NCBI RefSeq assembly: GCF_009914755.1
Contig: NC_060943.1
From: the human T2T-CHM13v2.0 reference genome, Homo sapiens
Direction: 5' to 3' (one strand)
Length of the DNA stretch: 64,000 nucleotides
This document shows positions 58,618-64,000 of this stretch, in pieces. Below the pieces are notes generated by a model, which saw only the letters and a list, made by a program, of their open reading frames with translations, did not search any database and had not been told where the DNA came from. Numbering within the stretch: position 1 is the first letter of the stretch; each line of letters starts with the position of its first letter. The translations under genes and the position numbers were made by a program.

Positions 58618-60107
58618 AAGGCAGAGTCAGAAGACCCTCAGTCAATTGCTCCTCCCAGTATCTGTCCCAGGGCTTTACCCCCAGCCAGGGAGACCCCAGC
58701 AGAGCCTGAGGAGTATGGATATATATCTCTCTCAAGTTCCCGAGAGCCTGGTGTACCTCCCAAAACCAGGGCAGCAATATGTCATCATCCGGGCAACTTG
58801 GGCACCCACCTCGGGCTCCTCATTCATGGAGAAGATGGTGCTGGTGGCTCTTCATGCTGGCTACATCTTTATCCAGACGGAGAAGACCATCTACACCCCT
58901 GAGTACTTGGGTACAGCCCCGAGGCACTTGGCTCGGGGCAATCACTGGCTCTCATCCCGTCTCTCCCAATGTCTGAGATACTCCCATCCCCTAAAATCTT
59001 CTCCACCTCCCAAGATCTCTCTCTATGCATAAGTGCCCCCCACCCCGCCACTGCCCAAGATGCAAACTCTCTCTCTCTCTTTCCCTTCCTCTACCCAATA
59101 CTCAGAGTCCTCCTTCTCCCCTAGTTCACTACCGGGTGTTCACTGTGAACCACAAGATGGACCCTGTGACCAGGACATTCACTCTGGACATCAAGGTGGT
59201 CTTTCCCAATGAGGGGTGGGGGGTGGTGGTGGATCCTGGACACTGGGGTTACACGGTGTGCTGAAGTCCTGGGGGCATGAGCCACCAGGGCCCTCCCAGA
59301 GGGCAGTCACCAGCCCCACCCCCTATCCCCACAGAACCCAAAGGGAATCACCGTGATTAGCCAGAGTCTGATGGCCAAGGATGGCTTCTTTTTCAGCTCC
59401 TTTCACCTCCCAGAGCTTGTCAGGTGCCCTTGTCAGGTCTGGGAGCCCGAGGGGTGGCAAAGGAGGCTGTCATTCTCTGTCTCCATCTCTCTTAACTTTC
59501 TGTGCCTCAGTTTGGGGACCTGGACCATCGAAGCCAGCTACCAAAGTACACCCAAGCAGAAGTTCGAGGCTGCCTTTGATGTGAAGGAATATGGTGAGAA
59601 AGGTGTGGGTGGGGTGAGCAAGATGAATACGCCAGGGACAGGACTTGGAATAGAAAGGAGGTCTCAAGGGGAACCTCTGCTGTAACCCAGGGCCTGAGCT
59701 GGATGCTAAGTGTTGGGTGCTGGTGTTGCAGCCCTTCGGGCTTGACAGAGCCACCAAGGAAGGAGCAGGACTGGGAGGGGACGAGGGAGCAGGTAGAATA
59801 CTGAGGGTGACCATGGCTTTTTTTTTTCTCCCAGTCCTCCCATCTTTTGAGGTCCAGCTGGTCCCAAATAAGACTTTCTTTTACCTCAAGGATGAGGCTC
59901 TGGGCGTTGACATCCAGGCTCAGTGAGCCCCCTTCCTCCCAGCTCTGCCAGAAGACCAGGGACACAAAGATTGAGTACAGAGAAACAAGCACCAGGTGCT
60001 ATGGCTCACATCTGTAATCCCAGTGCTTTGGGAGACCAAGGCAGGAGGATCACTTGAGGCCAGGAGTTCTAGACCAGCCTGGACAACATGGCAAAACCCC
60101 TTCTCTA

Positions 60108-61330
<1,223 letters not shown>

Positions 61331-64000
61331 TTCAGAGACAGTGGAATTGTCCTCCATCCCCCACGTATATATTTAACAAGCCAGTGGACGGACATGCTTT
61401 GGTCATCTTTGGGGTGAAATTGGACTCCTGCCGGATCCCTATCCAAAGCTCCCTGCAGAGGGTGGAGGTGACTGAATCCCAGCTCCTCCCCAACCTCCAA
61501 TCCACTCCACTCTCTAACGCTCCCCAAAAAACCATATCCTCTTCCTCTATCTTACCCTAAGAACAGATCTCTGAAGGCCTGGGCCACGTCTCCCTCCAGA
61601 AGGACACGCTCATGGCCGCATTCCAAGGCCCAGGAGAGGACTTCATTGGAGGCTCAATCTTTGTCAATGTCACCATGTTCTCCTCAGGTGCCACCCTCAC
61701 CCCGGCCCCTGACTGAGGTCAGGACATGGTGTTCTTGCCCAATGCAGACACTCCACCCATGTGACCTTGGGCCACCTCCCAGCCTCAGTTTCCTCATTAG
61801 AGAAATGGGTGGAAGGAGCTGAAATAGTGTTATTGTCGTTCTCTGCCTTCACCAAGATGGGGCTCTCATACTAGTCCTGCCACTCACTTAAGAAATTGAA
61901 CTCCCTCACAAACTCTGTGTTCTCACTGTCTCTACAGGGGGTGAGATGGTGCAAGCTGAGACCTCAGGGGTGAAGATCATCCAGAGCCCATACAACATCA
62001 AGTTCACCAGGACACCCCAGTATTTCAAGCCAGGAATGCCCTTCCACTTTCGGGTCAGAGTCTGGACTCACTACACCCAGGGACTCAGGGCCCCCTCCCC
62101 AAAGCAGACTTCCCACAAAGAGACAAAAACCCACACTGGACTCACCTGCATCCAACTCATCTGAAGGTTGAGTCTATCATGTTCCCCAGACTAATCCCAG
62201 AGTCCCCCCAAACCTTAACCCTAAAGCACAGTGATGGCTCCAGAATTTCTCTGTGGGGACTTAGAGGCCACAATCAGGCTGGAAGTTGGTGTTTGAAAGT
62301 TTATCTAGAGGCTGCATTTGCACATCAAAGCATGGCCTTTTCACATATATTAATTTGGATGGGCATTAGGAAAGTCAGGGATATCCTTTGGCACCAATCC
62401 TACTCCAAGTCTCCTATAGGCTCTCATGTGTCCTCCTTCCCTCTCCACTCTCAGTCTTCCCACTCACCATCAGCTCTGCAACACCCAGGATAACCACATG
62501 TGGTTGTACACTGCAAAGCTCTAGGAGGTGCCATTCATAAAAACTCCAATATGAATGGTGCCCCCGGTGTTGTTTAGTGCACCATGTATAAAGTTGTACA
62601 AAGCAGTCCTATTCAGATCATATTCCAGTCTCACCTCTCACACCAGGCCACTGCAGGCTTTTCCTTCACCTTACCCCAGATTCCACCTCAGGTCTTCATC
62701 TCAAATCCTGATGGGTCCCCAGCTTCCAGAGTCCTTGTCCACTCCCAAGACCAAAAAGTGTACACCTCAGCTGAGGGGTTGGCCACTCTGACCATCAACA
62801 CAGATGCAAATCTGGACAAGCTCCCCATCGAGGTACCAACTTGACAAGGCAAGGAGGGTGGGATTAGAGCTGTGTGAGTTGGAAGGGTTGGGGTTTACTT
62901 GCCCATCATCCTCCCTAGGTGAAAACTGAGGAATCTCTTCAGCCAGAGGAGCAGGCTTCAGCCAAGATGACAGCTTGGCCTTACTTGACTCAGGATGGGT
63001 CAGGAAACTTCCTACACATCGAAGTAAAGACATTGGGCACAGAGGTTGGCAGCAGCATCCAGCTGAGCCTCAACACAAGGCATCAGGACCCTAAAACCAA
63101 GGACAAGATTACTCACTTCACCATCCTGGTGAGGGGCTAGGACCAGGGTCTGAGTCAAGGAATTCTTTCCTTGGAAAAACCTTGGCTTGCTGAGTTGGAG
63201 AAACTATGAAAAAAGATGTGAAGGTGGCAACAATCTTGAGTGGGCTCAGATCTAGAGGCTGAAGAAAAGAGACTATGAGCCTCCATTGTGGGATGGGACA
63301 GATTCAGAGAAAGACTGGCCCTCCCTTCTCATCCTTGACCTCCCTTGTCTTCAAGGTCCTGAGTAAGGGCCAGACCGTGAGTGCCAAACATCAGTCAAAA
63401 AGCCAGGGGAGTGTCTACACATCAGCCATTATTGATGTGACTTCAGCGATGCTGCCCTCCTTCCGCATTCTGGCCTTTTATTTACTTCCCAGAGGAGCAA
63501 GCCAAGACCCTGAGTTGGTGGCTGATTCCATATGGATTGATGTGAATGACAGATGCATAGGGATGGTAAGCCAAACTCCTTGTAGTTGTGCATCACCATC
63601 ATAAAGCCCCAGAAAGGGGCTGTACAAGTTTAGGCATTCCCAAACTAGAAGCCAGGGAAGAGAAGGAGAATATGTGGCCTTAAGAGCTCAACACAAGGTG
63701 TGGCGGTGATGCAAGTAAATAAATATACGGAGTTGGGATTAGCCTAGTGGAGTTCCCAGATGCTCCACCAGAGCAGTAGGGAACGTAAGCCTGAAAGTGT
63801 AGTTGTGTGGTCTATGATTCCCTTTTTCTGACATCTCTCTTTTTCTTGGCTCAGCTGAAAGTTGGCTTGAAGAATGATAGATTCTTCCAGTCTTTGGAGC
63901 CCAACAGCCAAGTCGAACTGAAGGTGACAGGTGATGCAGAAGCCACAGTGGGGCTGGTGGCTGTGGACAAGGCTGTCTATGTCTTGAACAGCAAACACAA

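Noticed and set aside
58511-59032. 173-aa ORF as a stand-alone gene
   Set aside because: It is C3-like exon 3 plus open flanking intron sequence, starting at TTG.

Overview
Mammalian genomic DNA that I recognise as the human chr19p13.2 COL5A3-RDH8-MIR5589-C3P1 interval (recognised from translated exons, not from a database search). It contains: (1) the 5' part of COL5A3 on the minus strand, coding exons 1-37, all GT-AG and in phase, 904 codons, with a CpG-island/CCAAT promoter; (2) the complete 6-exon RDH8 gene on the plus strand (311 aa), head-to-head with COL5A3; (3) a small CpG-rich patch with a strong CTCF motif; (4) a 5.3-kb internally deleted HERV-H/F-clade provirus with a tRNA-Phe PBS, inserted into an AluJ and itself carrying an AluY; (5) the 5' end of the complement C3-like locus C3P1, with MIR5589 in its second intron. 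The rest is very Alu-rich, with L1, L2, MIR and Tigger fragments and several degenerate minisatellites. The most notable observation concerns the C3-like locus. Fourteen exons can be rebuilt from a Kozak ATG and signal peptide through about 610 codons with no stop or frameshift. The only visible lesions are two mutated splice acceptors, and the locus sits behind a liver/acute-phase-type motif cluster. It looks like a recently silenced second C3 gene. Coordinates were read by hand; repeat boundaries and subfamily names are approximate.
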